Shown: positions 36,801-50,150 of the stretch, one piece after another | How positions within the stretch are numbered: position 1 is the stretch's first letter | How the letters are laid out: each line of letters begins with the position of its first letter | Assembly: GCA_013239625.1 (NCBI GenBank) | Contig: MU053881.1 | Coordinates: 4,051,957 to 4,115,956, forward strand | Length of the DNA stretch: 64,000 bases | Reading direction: 5' to 3' | Origin: Lama guanicoe | Taxonomy: Eukaryota | Notes under the pieces: generated by a model | Seen by the model: the letters and a program-made list of their open reading frames with translations, nothing else | Database searches by the model: none | Told to the model about the DNA's origin: nothing | Position numbers and translations under genes: made by a program

Positions 36801-39206
36801 GAAAATGCTTACTGTCAGGCTACTGGCCCGATTTGGGACGTTCTTCCAGGCAAGATTTGAGCCTTTTAATAGTTTCTCAAATACATCCAATTAATTTTTA
36901 TTCTCATTTAGTGAATTTAAATTAAACCAGTGCCAGCAAAGGGAAAGCTAAGTACAGAGGAGGAACACAGATCAAATGTCACTCCTTTGCTATCCCCCAC
37001 CCCTGACTGCTCTCCCCAAACTGGACAGAATTAACGCTTCCATCCCTGGCATTCCCACCATGACCTGGACCTGTTATAACTTAACCCACAGAGAGTGAGT
37101 GACAGGCATTTTTCAGTGAGGCTGAGTAGGAGGCTGTGGGGCTGGGCAGAGAATTGTGATCTGACCAACCGTAAGCTGTGTGACCCTGGCGGCTGGACCA
37201 ACCTCTCTGTTTCTCTGGTTCCCCTTCTGTAACATAAGGGTAACATTACTTGTTTCATATGGCATTTGTCAGATAGATTCAATGGAAGGCCCAGCGAGAG
37301 GCCTGGCTCCCCCTGGGGGCTCCATCAGGACCATTTCTGCTCGGTGGCCCACATTCCCTGAGCACTTGCAGCGGGCTGGGTGCTGGGTGGGGCTCTGGGG
37401 GACAAGGAGGGTCCCAGCTCTCACGGAGCGTACGTTCTCATCTTTTGCCTGGTATCATTATTGCCAGCCTTGCTTTTGGAGGCTTTTTGGATCATAGCCT
37501 CTGACACATGGAAAGGGGTGGATAAAGGATGGTTCTCTGCACTGACTTTGCTCCTAGCTGCCGAGGCAGGGGCAGCATCGCACCCACTCCTGGCCTGGCA
37601 CAGGATCTTTGCCAGAAATGCCTGCAAAGACACTTGCTTTTCCCCAACCCTGCTCTCTGGGCTGGAAAATGACACAGAGGCACAGCGCCCCAGCAAGTCC
37701 CCGTCACACCCCCAACAGGGAGGCTGGAACGGGAGGCCTAACGGGGCAGGATCTGTGGCCATGATTTCTCGTTAGAAGGTTGATGTAGGCTCTTTGGGTG
37801 AAGAAGCTGGTTTCTCAGCCTGTTAACCTCCTGAATGAGAGACCTGGGGAGCCCCTGGGTCACCGACCCTGGGGGGCCCTGGGTCACCCACCTTTGGTGC
37901 TGTGATGGAGGTGACTCAGGTGGGGCTTGGGGGCGCCACATCCCTGAGGCTGAAAAGGAAAGAGCTGGCTGGGTGCATGAGGACAGAGGTTCTCTGCTTG
38001 GTTATTTGGGGGCTTCAGCATTTTTAAGAAATCTCGACTGTCCGTAATTAAGAGCTTCCCTCCCACACCTTACAAGGCCTACAGGACAAAGCAGACAACT
38101 GAGATGCTCAGGCCGTGGAGGGGCTGAGTGGGCGCTAGGGTGAGATCCGAGCCCAGAGCAAGCCTGTGTCAGCTCCGCCAAATACAGCCACGTGGGGGCG
38201 AGGGGGTAGCAGCAGCAGGACCGGCTGGCAGAGCTGCAGAGATTTGCACCGGAATAATGAGAGCTTTAATATTAATGCAGCTCTTCTTTATGTGCAAAAA
38301 AAAAAAATGGCCACGTTAAGATCAGGAAAAGGAACTTGCATTTTCAGGACCTATAATTCGTCAGCTGCTTTAAAAACATCCCGCTCATTAACCCAATGTC
38401 GTTCCCATTTTAGACCAGGGTATAACAACGCTTGGGTAAACAGAGTAAGTGACCACAGTCGCAAAGGGAGGAATTGAGGACTCAGCAGAGGGGCCACATT
38501 GGCTGCAGAAGTCCAGGGTCATCCCACAGGGGGACCGGGCAGCCGGTCCTGCTGAGGAGGTCGCCTCTTTCCGAGGCCTCGTGGAGCTCTGATGTCCTGG
38601 CTGTGCCCAGAAATCTCTTGCCTTGCCTATCATTCTTGGATGATAAAGTGCATCCGGCAGGCAGGCTGTGTCATCCAACAGGGACAAGACACTACCCTTT
38701 ACAGAAATCGAGGAGGCAGAGATGAATAAGATGCAATCCCAGCCTTCAAAGGGCAGCGTGGCCAAATGCAGGCTCGGAGCTGGCAGACCTGGGTCGGAAT
38801 TCCGCCCTGGGCGCTCACCAGCCATGCAACCCTGGGCGCATCCCCTGGTCCCTGCAAACCTGTTTCCTATAAACACTGGAAATAATAATATCCTTACAGG
38901 GTGGATGTGAAGATTAAATGAATACTGAACTTATTGAATTAAATAAATACTGTAAACATAGGCATATAGTCGGTGCTTAATCTTAATTTTACAGCGAGTG
39001 GCCAGTCCAGTTATATTAAAAAGACAGGCTCGCCCAGCAGCTAACTCAACCTGATAAGTCACATTTTAGAGAGTTTAACTTGTCGCAGGTGAACAGAAAA
39101 GCAGATTCTTGTCTGGGGACTCCCAGAAGTAGGATGTGCAACCCAGGGGTCGGGGAAGGAAGGTAGAGGGAGAAAGCAAACCGTTCTTGGGGTAGAACAC
39201 AGGGTT

Positions 39207-40187
39207 TGTTGTGGACTGAATGTGTGTGATCCCCCAACATTCATAAGTGGAGACCTAACTCCCAACACGATGGTATTAAGAGGTGGGGACTTTGGAAGTT
39301 GAGAGGTGATGAGGATGGGGCCCCGTAAAACCAAGCGGGACTCCACAGGGCCCTCCCGGGTACAAAAGCCTTTCTGCGCCCCCACCACCCCGCTTCTCGT
39401 CTGTAGGAAAAAGGCTCCAGCCTCCTACACCTTCCCTGAGCTCCAAAGGGCAGATTCGAACAGTCACTAGTTAGGGGGGTGAGGGCATGCAGAAACAACG
39501 GCAAAGCAGTCAGGGGACAGTTGTGCGGGGATGGGGCAGGGTCCTGCTTCCTCCTCAGGGCACAGGCGTAGCAACTTGATCCAGATCCCTGAGTTCTTCT
39601 GCGGGGTCCGGGGCCCCCACCAAGGTGGAGGGTGCGAACTTCAGGCTGAGCACAAGCACGTGGACCCCAGGCTGGCCGGAACCAGCAGGCCGATGACTGA
39701 GATTCTTGGAACACCACCCTGGGGCCCCACCACCAGCCAATCAGAAGGGAGTCACACACTCTGCAGCTCTCCCCCGAAATTTGCCTTTAAAAACTTCCCT
39801 GCAACCTATCAGGTTTTTTTGAGCGCGATCTATTCTTTCTCCTTGCTCAGCCCTGCAATAAACGTTTCTCTGATCCAAACTCCCATGTGTTGGGTTTTTT
39901 GGCCTCACCGTGCATCAGGCACACCAACTTGGGTTGGACAACACCCCCACAAATGGGGTTAGTGCCCTTAGAAAAGGGACCCCAAGGAAGTCACTTGTCC
40001 TCTTTCCCATGTGAGGACACAGCCAGTCGGCAGTCTGCAACGCAGAGGCGGCTCTCACAAAACCCTATCGTGTTCACCCCCTGATTTCAGACTTCCAGCT
40101 TCTAGAGCTGTGAGAAATGAATGTCTGTTGTCTGTAAGCCACCAAGTCTCTGGAATTCTGTTACAGCCACTGGCACAGACAAAGACA
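39207..40187 (+). mobile_element. MLT1A/B-like LTR split by an ERV LTR
   Basis: 'tgttgtggactgaatgtgtgtg...atggtattaagaggtggggactttgg' and 'agacttccagcttctagagctgtgagaaatgaatg...gacaaagaca'. Confidence 0.85.
39325..39943 (+). mobile_element. ERV1-like solo LTR
   Basis: CCAAT (~39737), TTTAAAA TATA-like (~39786), AATAAA (~39857), ends ACAACA; C-run flanks on both sides. Confidence 0.8.
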
Positions 40188-40444
40188 AGTCTCAGCGTGG
40201 TCTAATGTTTGATTTGGCCAATTTGTCTGGAAGCTTGGGATCTGGGATGTTACCCTACCAAACGCTCATGATAACCATCCGTCCGGTCCATTTGGCAGAT
40301 GGAGGGACTGAGGCTTGGAGAGGTAGAGGTCACTCAGCCATCCGCGACGCATTTGGTCAGTGATTCATTCGCTCATTCAACCCACAGATATTGAATGGAT
40401 CCCTCCTGTGTGCCAGGCTCTGGGCTAATGACCAGCGTACCAAG

Positions 40445-40877
40445 TGCTTTTGGCAAGAGTGAAAGGAACGTCAAAATGGAGTCGGTATGGCTAAGAGACG
40501 TTTCTAAAATGGAGCCAGGCGGCCACTGAGGAAGTGTGACTTCTGCACATCTCAGCCCACGCTGGAATCTGAACTTTTGTCTTAATGCTGGCATCTAGAA
40601 TGTCTCCCTAATGTTCCAGAAACTGAAGATACTTAGGGGACCCATACCCTAAAATAACTCGTGACCACTCATCCTTTAAAGACAAATATTTCTTTGCTTG
40701 TGTCAGAGCATAGCCTCATGGCTTTTGCCTTTGAAAGTCCCTGACTCTTGGTCGTCTCTGGAATGCTCTTCTGGTTTTACTTGAATCTGTGTCTCCCAAG
40801 TTGCAATTGTTAAGACCTCAGATAAACCCTTCTCTTGCCTGCAGCCTTCTGCGGGTTTTGTTGCTGGTTGTTTGACG
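40445..40877 (+). mobile_element. ERV-type solo LTR inside an L2 fragment
   Basis: 'caaaatggagtc...ctaaaatggagccagg' U3-like motifs, 'gataaac' signal, 'tttgac' end; flanks caag/taag. Confidence 0.55.
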
Positions 40878-43800
40878 TAAGTCCGACACGGAGCCTGCCC
40901 TCAGGATGCATGGAGCCCAGTGAGTGAGGCGGACATGTGTGGAATGACCACGGGTGACTGGATGACGGCATAATTGCAAACTGGGATCAGGGCCCCAAAA
41001 GCAAAGTGGATGGTGCTACTTATGGGAAGAGTGGAGTCGGCGTTCCCCAGGGAAAGGGGGTTGGGTGTGAAAAACTTCCAAGGAGGAGGGAACCCTGGTC
41101 CAGGTCTTGTCTGATCCAGGACTAATCTTCTGGGTCTCCTTGGAGCTAATGGCCTTGACCCACAGGCACAACAGCAAGCTTTACGCAGCCGCCCAGCTTC
41201 CCAGACCTCCTGGGGAGCAAAGAGAGGCCTCCCAGCCTAAGAGAGGAGTCCTCACTCCGAGGGGCCAGAGGGCTCTGTGGCAGCCTGTGGTCCTCAGGGA
41301 GCCAGGAGCCACGGCCCATCAGCCGAGATGCCATCAGGTCCCCCATGCAAGGGCCCAGCTGGTGAACAGTTCTCTTTTTCACCAAGGTTAGGTGGTGGCC
41401 GGAGCACAAGCAACCTGCCACCATCATAAGAACACATCAAAAGCCATTCACCCCAGTCCCAGTGCTCCATTCAAACAATTCTCTGTTGGCTTTAAATGCT
41501 TTAGGAAAACTTTGGCAACTGCAGAAAGAAAGGATCACTTGCGTCGGGAGGTGGGGTGGTGCTGGTCCCAAAGCAGGGAGGGTCTCCCAGGTCCTTTTAC
41601 CAAGAAACCCCTCGTGGAGAAGCCTGCAGATAGAGGGAAAGCGAGGAGCAGGGGTGCGGAGGGGAGTTGACTTGGGAGAAGCCAGCAGGAGCCAGCCATG
41701 CAGGCCCCGGAGGCCAGTCGAAGATTCTAATCTTTGTCCTGAGCTGCCAGGGCTGCTGAAGGGATTTCAGTGGAAGTCACGTGATGTGGGGGCTATTTTA
41801 AAAAGATGTCTCGGCTCTTCTGGGTAAGAAGTACTGGTGTGTGGAGCGGGAGAGGCCAGGTGTGGATGTAAAAGAAGGAGCTGGGGGGAAATGAAGGAAC
41901 TGCGGAGCTGGGGAAGAAAACGCCACAGCCAGGCTGCAGGATTTGACTCACTTCTCCCTCCCTAGCCAGCAGCGGGGAGCCACGTTTTCTGACAGCGTCC
42001 GAATGTACCAGGCAATTTATCTTAATTAGTGAGAGCAAGACTGAGAGTGTTGTTCGAATGCTGGGAACTGACTACATCAAATGATGATCAGTGAATGGAG
42101 GACGAAACCCAAGTGCCTCTTAGATGAAACCTGCAGAGAGCAGGTGGAGGGAGCCACTCTGCTGGGGTCACCAAGAGGGGGCAAAAGACACATGCACTTC
42201 ACTCTGCACATGGCAAACCTCCAGCAGTCGTAGTAATAAAATTCTGTTTCTGTAATCTGAGTGCCCCTTCTCTTTTCTGGTATAGGGTGACCATCCCCTA
42301 TTCATACCATCTGATCCCAGAACAGATCATGGAACAGACAAAAAATATATCCAATTCTTGGCTTTTGAATTTCTAAGGGCAATATCCAACTACAAAAACA
42401 TAACAAATGGAGATGAATGGTCAGAGTCTGTCTTCCCACTGACGAAGTTTCTGCGTCAATGGGAACACGGCAGAGGATGGGAAGGTGATAAACAAGGAAG
42501 ACAGCGGCCTAAGGTTCAGAGAGATCCCGGGACGGGAAGCCAGTTCAGGAGCCACTGGCAGAAGCTGGGTCAGCCTGGGAGATCACCCGCCCACATTTAA
42601 CTGGGGCTTGCTCTGCACCCAGGATGGTCCAGTGTCCGTAGCCGTGGGTGCCATTGGTTGGCAGTGCCAAGAGGCTGGGTTAGCCATTGACAAGCCAGGG
42701 GAGGGCATATCACCCACAGCCCTCACAACGTCCATGGATATCTGAGCTGGCCCCCATCTGACTCTCCTACACAGCCCACCACCTCCAACCTCCCAGGACG
42801 CTCATGAGCCCCGCTTCTTGGGACGCGAGGTAGGCTGCAGAAGACGAAGGAAGGTTTGATGGGGACCAAAGATAGCCCCGATCTGTGCATCTTTGGGACG
42901 GAACAGAAGCAGGCAGAAGGCTCCCCTTCATATGTCCTTACACACCTGACTTCCTAACTCGTTGGGTTTGGGAGCTTTTATTTTGTTTTCATCATGAAGT
43001 CAAATTACATATATTGACCTGAGACCAGCTTTTCCCAGCCCATCATACACCTTAGAGACCTTTCCTTGTCAGAACCTGGAAGTCCACCTTGTTCTTTCTA
43101 ACAGCTGTGCCGTAATCCATAACTTGGAAACAACAAAACTGTGAGCAATGTTTTGAACATTCATTGCTTCTGTTCCCCACCATTACAAAATGACGCCTGG
43201 ATGAACACCTTCTGCGTAAGCATGTGCGCATCTGTGTGCTTTGGGAGTGTGTAATTTCTGATTAAATTTTGATAGCTTCTGCCCTTTCGCCTTACAGAAA
43301 AGTGGCCTCATTATAACCCCATGCCATAAATGATTTGACAGAGGTTTCAAGGGGAAAGGGACTTGACCAAGACCCCTCCACTGCCCCACAGCTGCTAGAG
43401 AGGAAGAGACAGGATTTGAATTCAGGTCTGCCTTTCCTGGGTCTGATAAACAGGTACCCAGTAGCCAGGATTGGAAGAAGTCTCCATTGCCCTGGAAATG
43501 AGTTTGGAGGAGCCAAGTGTCCTCTGGGCACAACCCAGTACATCCCTTTGTCAGCTTTGTCTCCGCCCTGCATCCTGGAGCCCATCACGGGTTTCCAGCG
43601 GAGGCAGCCCCACCCTGAAGGCAGGAACTCCCACGTCAGCCCAGCAGTCTGGAGTCAAGGTTACCAAACAAAACAAATGTGCTGCCTGGGCCTCCCTGAC
43701 AAGCAGGAGGCTTGTCTTTCTCCTTCAAGGCCCATTACAGACCTACCTGTCTGCAGCTGCGTCCAGGGCAAAGCGACTACCTCGGCACCCAGGACGATCT

Positions 43801-46199
43801 AGGATCCAGCCCCAAACACAACCCCACAGTGAGGTCTGATGGACTTCTGTCTTAGATGTCCTTGGAGGGCCCCAGTTAGCAAGGAAAGAGCCAAGACAGA
43901 TCTTGGGGCTCCGTTCGATCTCTCCCTCTGAAGTTGGGAAGAGGACTGTTTCTTCCACAGAATATATTAAGTAGTATTACTTAAGGGCAGTATTTCAAGC
44001 GAGAGGGTCACAGACCAAGCAGAGGTCAGCACTAATTGGCAAGCAGTCAGAGTGATTCATAAATCTCCCTTCCGTGCGACGGACCAGACACGCGGCCCGT
44101 TCCTCAGACTGCTGGCTGATTCACTGTAGCCTGTGCGACTTCCATCCCGCCTACTTATTTACTGCGCCGGGTGGCAAGCGTCTCCTTGTCTTTCTTTTCT
44201 AGAATTTGAACTCCTGGCTGTTCCCGGACAGCGAGCTCCTGGCTGCACCCCTCCCCATGCCTCGCACAAGGTCAGACAAAGAGCAGGTATTCTGTTCACG
44301 TCTGATGCGTGGAAGCTGGGGTCATTCATTCATTCATCTGATAATTATTCCACAGTTACACTGTGCTGTGCTGTGTGCTAGACTCTGCGTTTCTCTGATT
44401 TGGTGGCCAATACACAAATAAGCAAAGTAAGACATTTGGTGGTGGGAGGAGATGGTCCTGGATAAAAGCCGGAGGGATGAGTTCTGGCTTGGCCAGCTCC
44501 CCTGCTGGGTGTCAGCTCCCTCCGCTATGAAATGGGCTCTTTTCTGAAACGAGGGGCCCTGGGGGGCCTCTGCATCCTTTCAACCAGCTCTGAAGAAGGG
44601 GAGGTTGCAAGGATAAGGAACTCTTATCAGAGTGCAAAGCCCTTCTGGAAAACAGATGTGTTGCTCTCTGAGTACCAGATGTTAGACAAAAGCGATCAGT
44701 CTTGGGGAAATGAGCAGTTTGTCTGTGCTGCTCCCAGACGGAAGAGCAGATGGGTCTCGTATGGATGGGTGAGCCCGCGGCCATCGGCGGGCGGCTGGCA
44801 GAGGCTGAGGCCAAGTCAGAGGGGGCCAGGAAAGGGTGCTGGCCTGGCCTCAGGCAGACCTGGGCTTGAAGCCCTGTTCAGGGTTTCCTAGCTGTGGCCG
44901 CTCTTGAAGCTGTTCCCCTCTCCACACACATCCTACCTCCCATCGCCCTTATGAGAACTAAAGAATGTGTCACAGCTCAGTCATTGGCCCCTGTGTTCGA
45001 GAGCCCAGTGGCCTGGATTCGCATCTCTATCCTGGTATTTCTAACAGGGGATCTTGGACAAATCATTCATTGTCAGTTTTTTTTTTCCCAATGTAGAAAA
45101 TAAGTTACTATTTTGAGGGCTTTGAAAAGTTATAATAAACTCTGAATAAGTGGTAGTTATTAACACTTACTTGCCTGGCACACAGCGAGTGCTAAATATA
45201 CCCCTTGGAGTGTTCATTTGAATAATTGATGCTTCCAGGGCCTCGTGGGAGTAAACTGGAGCGTGATGGGGACACTCAGCTGCCTTTAGGCATCGGAGCG
45301 TGGCATCTTGAGGTGAGGGAGGATCGGTCTGACTCTTAGGGGGTTGAGGGGACCCTCGTTCTGGAACAAGGCAGAATCACCCTATTCCGTAATGGAGTCA
45401 GTGACAAGGACTTTCTGAGACCATTAGACTAAGGAGATGCCATCTGTATTCAGGTGGAGTTAAAAAGCCCCGGGATCTGACCTGAAACTTGTTATTTGGC
45501 ATAAACATGGCTTAAGGACGGACATCTTGACTCAAAAGTGGTCTCTCAAACTTTTGCAATGCGGTTTATGTGGCTTTGGGATGTATGTTACTTTCCATGT
45601 TTTCATATGAAGTCCACTGATGCTGTGTGTAGGAGGGAGGGAGTGTGACGAGTGAAGGAACAAGGGGAAAAGCAAAAGACAAGGGGTGGGGCTTGGTTCT
45701 GGACACAGACACCCTCCTTTGGTAAAACTTCTGCAATTTATGTCCTTTTGAAGGACAGGAGGAGGAATTGGGAAGGTGAAGGCAGAGGTGGTATGATCTA
45801 AGGTCTCTGTACAGACCACGAGGAAGGAAGAGGTGCTTCCAATTCAGTCCCATGAGGAAGGGGAGGTGGTCAAGGAGGGCTTCACGGAGGAGGTGACATT
45901 TACTTGGGCTCTGGAAAATTGGGTGTTTCTCAGATCAAGAACTTTGGGAAAAGCATTCCAGCAGTGGGATGCAGCACATGCATGGGTCCAGCAGTGCAGC
46001 AACTGAAGGCAGCAGCAACTGCTTCGCCAATGCATTTCATAGCAAGCTTATCAGCACCTGAGACGAGATGTCACATAGACCAAGCAGCCAGACTTTGGGA
46101 GGGGCACTGGACCACGACCCTTTCTCTCCTCCAGGATGAGGGGAGGCAACAAGGAATATACACTGGGCCTGGAAAGCCAAGTCCAGGGATGGGCATCCA

Positions 46200-46450
46200 C
46201 TGTTTACTAGACACCAGACACTGGACTAAACACTGGATTTCATCACCGTGTTTAAGCCTCACAACAAACAATCTCATTGGGTGAGGATTATCACCCCATT
46301 TTAAAGATGAGAAAACTGAGGCTTGGAGAGGGGAAAAGTGATTTGTGCAAAGCCACACCTGGGTAACCATGTCTTGGTGGTCTTCCATGGGGCACAAATC
46401 CTGGGGAAAACTGACTTGAACTGAAATCCAGAGTCTTCCCTGGATGTCTG
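46200..46450. mobile_element. MIR
   Basis: 'ttatcaccccattttaaagatgagaaaactgaggcttggagaggggaaaagtgatttg'. Confidence 0.7.
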
Positions 46451-48374
46451 CAGACTCTCTAAGGGTCTCTCTTATCTGGCCTCTTGCCCTTCCTGGGTCC
46501 GCTTCACCCATGGCACGCCCACATGCCACCATGTGTCCCCCAGACCAGACACAGCTCCTCCTCCAGGGTGGCAGGGACGGCTGGGCTCCTGCCACCTCCA
46601 CTCTCCCCGTCCGCCCAGGAAGGAACCCTGGCTGTGGGATCTGGCAAAGCACCAGCTAAGAACTACAGTTCCCAGCAGCCTTCAAGCTGCCAAGAGCTTT
46701 AATCACAGTGACCTTGGCCCTGCCATCCTGAAATTGACAAGCCAGCACCAGCGGCCTTCCCGTTTATGAGAGAGAAACAGCCTTGGAAATTCTTCCCAGA
46801 TTGGCCTGCCCCAACCAGAATGTCAGGACATTACGTCTTGCATTTTTGTGGATTTTACTGACCGCCTTTAGGCCACGGAAAGGAGTCAGATCAAATCCCA
46901 GGCAGCATTCTGCCATTTTTATGTCTTCTTTCTCTTCTCTCCTTTTCCACTGACGGTTTCCCATCTCCTCCCTACCCAAATGCTCAGGGATTCCTAGCTT
47001 TCTCCCTCCGTTAGACAGAAGAATTCACCCTCAGCCCTACTCCCTAAATTCCAAGCCCACACCCATGACGGGCTCAGCAGAACAAAAGCCCCACACTTCA
47101 CAGAATTCACTTTGGTTTCGTGCGTGCGTGCGCGTGCGTTTAAGGAAAAGCAGTTGATAGCATGCTAGTCTAGAACCAGCTGTGCCTGACACCTGCTCGC
47201 TTCCCCTGCAGTGACTATTGTCTCAAGTGGGGAAGGGGTGTCTCTTGTCCCTATTATGTTGATACCAACCTAGGGGACGTATTTGCTTCAGCTGTGGCTT
47301 TCCAGAACATCCCCTCTGGAAGCCAGGCAAGATGTTTCCCTCTGGGCATGGCGGGGAGCTGTCTTCTCACCCTCAGCACGGAAAGGCCATCCCTCAGCGG
47401 GAGCCCCTCTGCGGCAGGGCCCTGCCGAGCAAGGGTCTCTCGTGATTCCTTTCAAGTGCCAGGAATCACTCTTGGAGATGCTCAAACTCATCCTGGAAAC
47501 AAGAGGGGGCAGGAGGAGCTGGGGGGCCTCCTCCGCCAGTGATGCTGGAATGTGTCCCAGACTCCAGGGGGTGCCCTTTCAAGCTCTGGAGTGGTTCTGC
47601 CTGGAAACACACACGACTCCAGCCTAGTCCGCCAACCTCGCCAGCAGACTAACCTGTGCCGTTAAAGCAAATATCCATTGGAGGGAACAGGTGTAGCTCT
47701 CTGACTCCTCCCTCCCCTCTGGGGCTTCTCTCTCAAAAACAGTAGCAGCCATCACAAATCCCTGCCATGGAAACAGGAGAGGATATGTTCCTTTAAACAA
47801 AAGGACGCTTAGAGCAGAAATAGTGGACATGAAGGGAAAGACGGCTGTGGCCCAGGCAGCTTTTTCCAGCTAGGAGGGTTCTGCAGACCTCACCCTCATC
47901 TTGCCAACTTCCCAGCATCCTCTGGGGCCTGGCACCTGGGCTTGGAGACCAGCTGAGATGGGTCCCCACCGATGCTCTGAGAATGGTCAGGGGACGGACG
48001 GAGCTGCTGCCAAGCCCCTGGGTCTCCCACAGATCACCCAATTCCATGTCATTTTTGGCTTTTGTTTTTTTGGCATGTGGTTTCTGCAAAGGAAAGGATC
48101 CTCCCCAGGCCAGTCCAAGCAGGTGATGGCTGTGGCTTGAACCTCTGGTGTGCTAGGCGCGGCGGGGACGCAGGCTCAGTCCGGAGTTGGCTGCTGGTTC
48201 TCCAGCCATGGGCTGGAAACACAAAGTGTTAGGGTTAACAGAAAAATAGAAGTTTTAGAAGAACCATAGGACTTTGTTCCTGACCTTTTGGTGAATTGTA
48301 AAACCATTTTTCGTACCATCGTACGACCATTTTCCTACAAAAGGGCCACCTCGAGAACAAAAGGCATGGTGAGC

Positions 48375-48690
48375 GGATTCATTTCCTTCTGTAAGAAATT
48401 ACTATCAGCCTGGCTGCTTAAAACAACACAGATATATTCTTTTACAGTTCTGGAGATCAGAAGTCCAAAGTCAGTCTTATGGGGCTGAAACCAAGGTGTT
48501 GGCAGGGCTGGCTCCTCCTGCAGTCTCCAGGGGAGAATCTGACCTTGCCACCTGCAGCTTCTAGAAGCTGCCCTCCATCCACGGCAAGGAGCCTCACCAC
48601 TCCCATCTCCGCTCTGTCATCACGCTGTCCCCCTCTGGAATTGCACTGGGCCCACAGGGATAACCCGAGGCCACCTGAAGGGATGGGGGT
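48375..48690 (-). mobile_element. MLT1-type LTR fragment
   Basis: 'gcttaaaacaacacagatatattcttttacagttctggagatcagaagtcc...ccaaggtgttggcagggctgg'. Confidence 0.75.
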
Positions 48691-48709
48691 AAAAACACCG
48701 CATTGTACA

Positions 48710-49185
48710 TGATGGGGTTCAGGACACGACGCCCCAAAACATGGCGCCTTGGTATACTGAATACCTTAAGCTGAAGTTTGAGAAAACAGCAGAGCAGGCA
48801 GGTCACTCTGACCTCCCCCCACCCCCTGTCCTTCCCTGAAACAGGTCATGAAACTCCCATGCAAAAGGTAGACATTTGTTCCACCGGAGACAGGGGATCT
48901 GCAGCTGAGCAGTATCAATAAACCGTGTCAAATTCACCCTTCTCACCCTGGTTCCTTCTTCACCACTTTTGACCCCGAGCCCAGACCCCTCTGTCCTGGC
49001 AAGTCTTCCATTGTTTCTTTATCAAAAAGGTATAAAACTTCCCGCTCTGGTCACATCTTCAGGTCTTCATTCCCCCTGTGAATTTCTGCATCCATTTTCT
49101 CCTGCTGATCTGCCTTCGTCAGTTTAATTTCCAGACCCAGGCGGGGACCCTAAGAGGGCAAGGGAAAGCATCTTCCTCCTCTACG
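48710..49185 (+). mobile_element. MER34-like ERV1 solo LTR
   Basis: 'tgatggggttcaggacacgacgccccaaaacatggcgccttgg'; 4 bp TSD TACA (48706-48709 / 49186-49189). Confidence 0.8.
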
Positions 49186-49619
49186 TACAGCACAGGGTGT
49201 CAGAGCAGCGGGAGAAGCAAGGTTAACGAGGCTGCTGGGAGGGTCCCAACTCACCCGGCTGGGACCCTGCTGGCAGCAGGCACTGGTGGCGGGCGGGGAG
49301 CGGGGTCTGAAATTAATAGACGAGTGAACCGTGTGCACATCAGGGCAAAGGCTTGGCAGGGTCCGACAGTCCGGTGTGCCTGGGAGCTGCAAGGTGTTGA
49401 TCTGCTCCTCCTCTGGTTCCTCAGTTGCCTGAAGATTAAGATGAGGTGACATCTGTGAAAAGCATTTCATGAACCGTCGGTCCCCTGCGAAGAGGCAGAG
49501 ATGAGGGCACAGGGCTCTCGCTGCTCCTCCTCCTGTGTCTCTGGCACCTCCTGTCTGCTCTGGTTTCCATCAGTAAAACGGGAGCCATAATCCTGAAGCG
49601 ACCTCAGCGCGGGGGAAAA

Positions 49620-50150
49620 AAAATTACTCAGAGTGTCAACACATAAATCTGATCATCACTCCTTAGGTTAAAACACTCTAATGGCTACCATTCCTTGACA
49701 ACAGAAGCCAAAATCTCTTCCCACTGGGGCCACGTGACCCAGCTCTTGCCCAGGTCACCCGTCTGACCCCCTCCCCAGCCCCCCGAACACACCGAACCTG
49801 AACTGTCTCGGGGCTCTGACACTTGTTAGACCCTCAATGTGGAACTCCCTGCTCTGACTCCTCATCGCCTGCCTCCTTCATCTTGTCCGTCAGCTCAAAG
49901 GTCCTTCCTCTGACCGTCTAGCTGAAGTGGCCCGCACATCTTCACCCCACCACCTACACCTGGCCAGTCGGCCTCGGGTTCTCTTCTTGTCCTCATATGG
50001 CAAGTATCATCCCCTGGAGAGACTTGGGGACAGGCACGGTGCCACTTGGACTCACCTCTGCATCCCCAATGCCTATGACACCATCCTGCACAGACTGTCA
50101 ACATTTGAATGAATAAATTCCTAAATGAACATGTGAATGAGTGAAATTAA
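49620..50150 (+). mobile_element. L2 3' region
   Basis: 'aaatctgatcatcactcc...aaaacactctaatggct' ending 'acatttgaatgaataaat'. Confidence 0.6.

Noticed and set aside
36357..37888. Direct repeats as a CRISPR-like or other repeat-spacer array
   Set aside because: Each has only two units with no spacers, in a mammalian context.
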